Assembly: GCA_934501435.1 (NCBI GenBank)
Contig: CAKSTW010000005.1
Span: 134,011-198,010, forward strand
Length of the DNA stretch: 64,000 nt
Direction: 5' to 3'
Source of the DNA: an uncultured Eubacteriales bacterium
GTDB taxonomy: Bacteria; Bacillota; Clostridia; Oscillospirales; UBA644
This document shows, piece after piece, positions 63,893 through 64,000 of the stretch. Position 1 is the stretch's first letter, and every line of letters begins with the position of its first letter. The position numbers and the translations under genes were made by a program. The notes beneath the pieces are model-generated. The model was not told the DNA's origin. It was given only the letters and a program-made list of their open reading frames with translations, and made no database searches.

Positions 63893-64000
63893 TCTGTTTT
63901 TCTTCCTTTCTGAAAAGTCGTGGGAAAGATTCTCCATAGACCTTTCCCGATACGTATACATATAGATAATACTCTTATCGATAACCATATAGATAATATA

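Overview
The window is a 64-kb chromosomal segment that reads like a Clostridia / Oscillospiraceae (Ruminococcus-like) gut anaerobe. The organism call rests on dockerin and cohesin modules, an SPQTG-type sorting signal, a serpin, a bifurcating [FeFe]-hydrogenase cluster and mid-to-high GC coding with AT-rich intergenics.

Gene content, left to right:
- Partial Gfo/Idh/MocA oxidoreductase, a DUF1294 protein and a TrmH-family RNA methyltransferase (minus strand).
- A five-gene tRNA operon (Val-Asp-Phe-Gly-Cys).
- An about 2-kb AT-rich islet inserted at the tRNA-Cys 3' end, bounded by 216-bp direct repeats. It carries a frameshifted DUF4417 gene, an ASCH (PUA-like) gene and a four-unit ATATCAC iteron array.
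- A TetR gene with an operator palindrome, followed by a membrane-anchored collagen-like protein.
- A 1397-aa surface protein with Listeria-Bacteroides repeats.
- A membrane-bound LuxR one-component regulator, lipoproteins, and zinc-ribbon proteins.
- A second surface protein with an SPQTGD sorting signal.
- A split sensor (7TM pseudo-kinase plus soluble histidine kinase plus NarL-type response regulator).
- A cohesin scaffoldin flanked by two roughly 1000-aa dockerin proteins that share a near-identical 3' module.
- A YdjGHI-like envelope-stress module (SPFH protein, zinc-ribbon membrane protein, TPM protein) expanded with extra zinc-ribbon proteins.
- Small hypotheticals, a cytidylate-kinase-like ATPase, a serpin lipoprotein, a small alarmone synthetase, HU.
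- An orphan promoter-to-terminator sRNA candidate, tRNA-Met and tRNA-Glu (minus), an HD hydrolase, proA-proB, a polysaccharide deacetylase, a DivIC-like protein, a YfcE-like phosphoesterase, an MFS transporter with a long structured leader, DUF1292, rsmE and an M29 aminopeptidase.
- The hydABC-type bifurcating [FeFe] hydrogenase operon with a HydS / PHP / DRTGG / HATPase regulatory module.

No CRISPR array, rRNA, integrase or transposase was seen. No planted-looking defense island is evident.

The most unusual items are the tRNA-Cys islet with its iterons, an 80-bp promoter-leader shared by two LuxR-type loci, the split pseudo-kinase/kinase sensor, the orphan sRNA, and the conserved 3' module of the dockerin genes.
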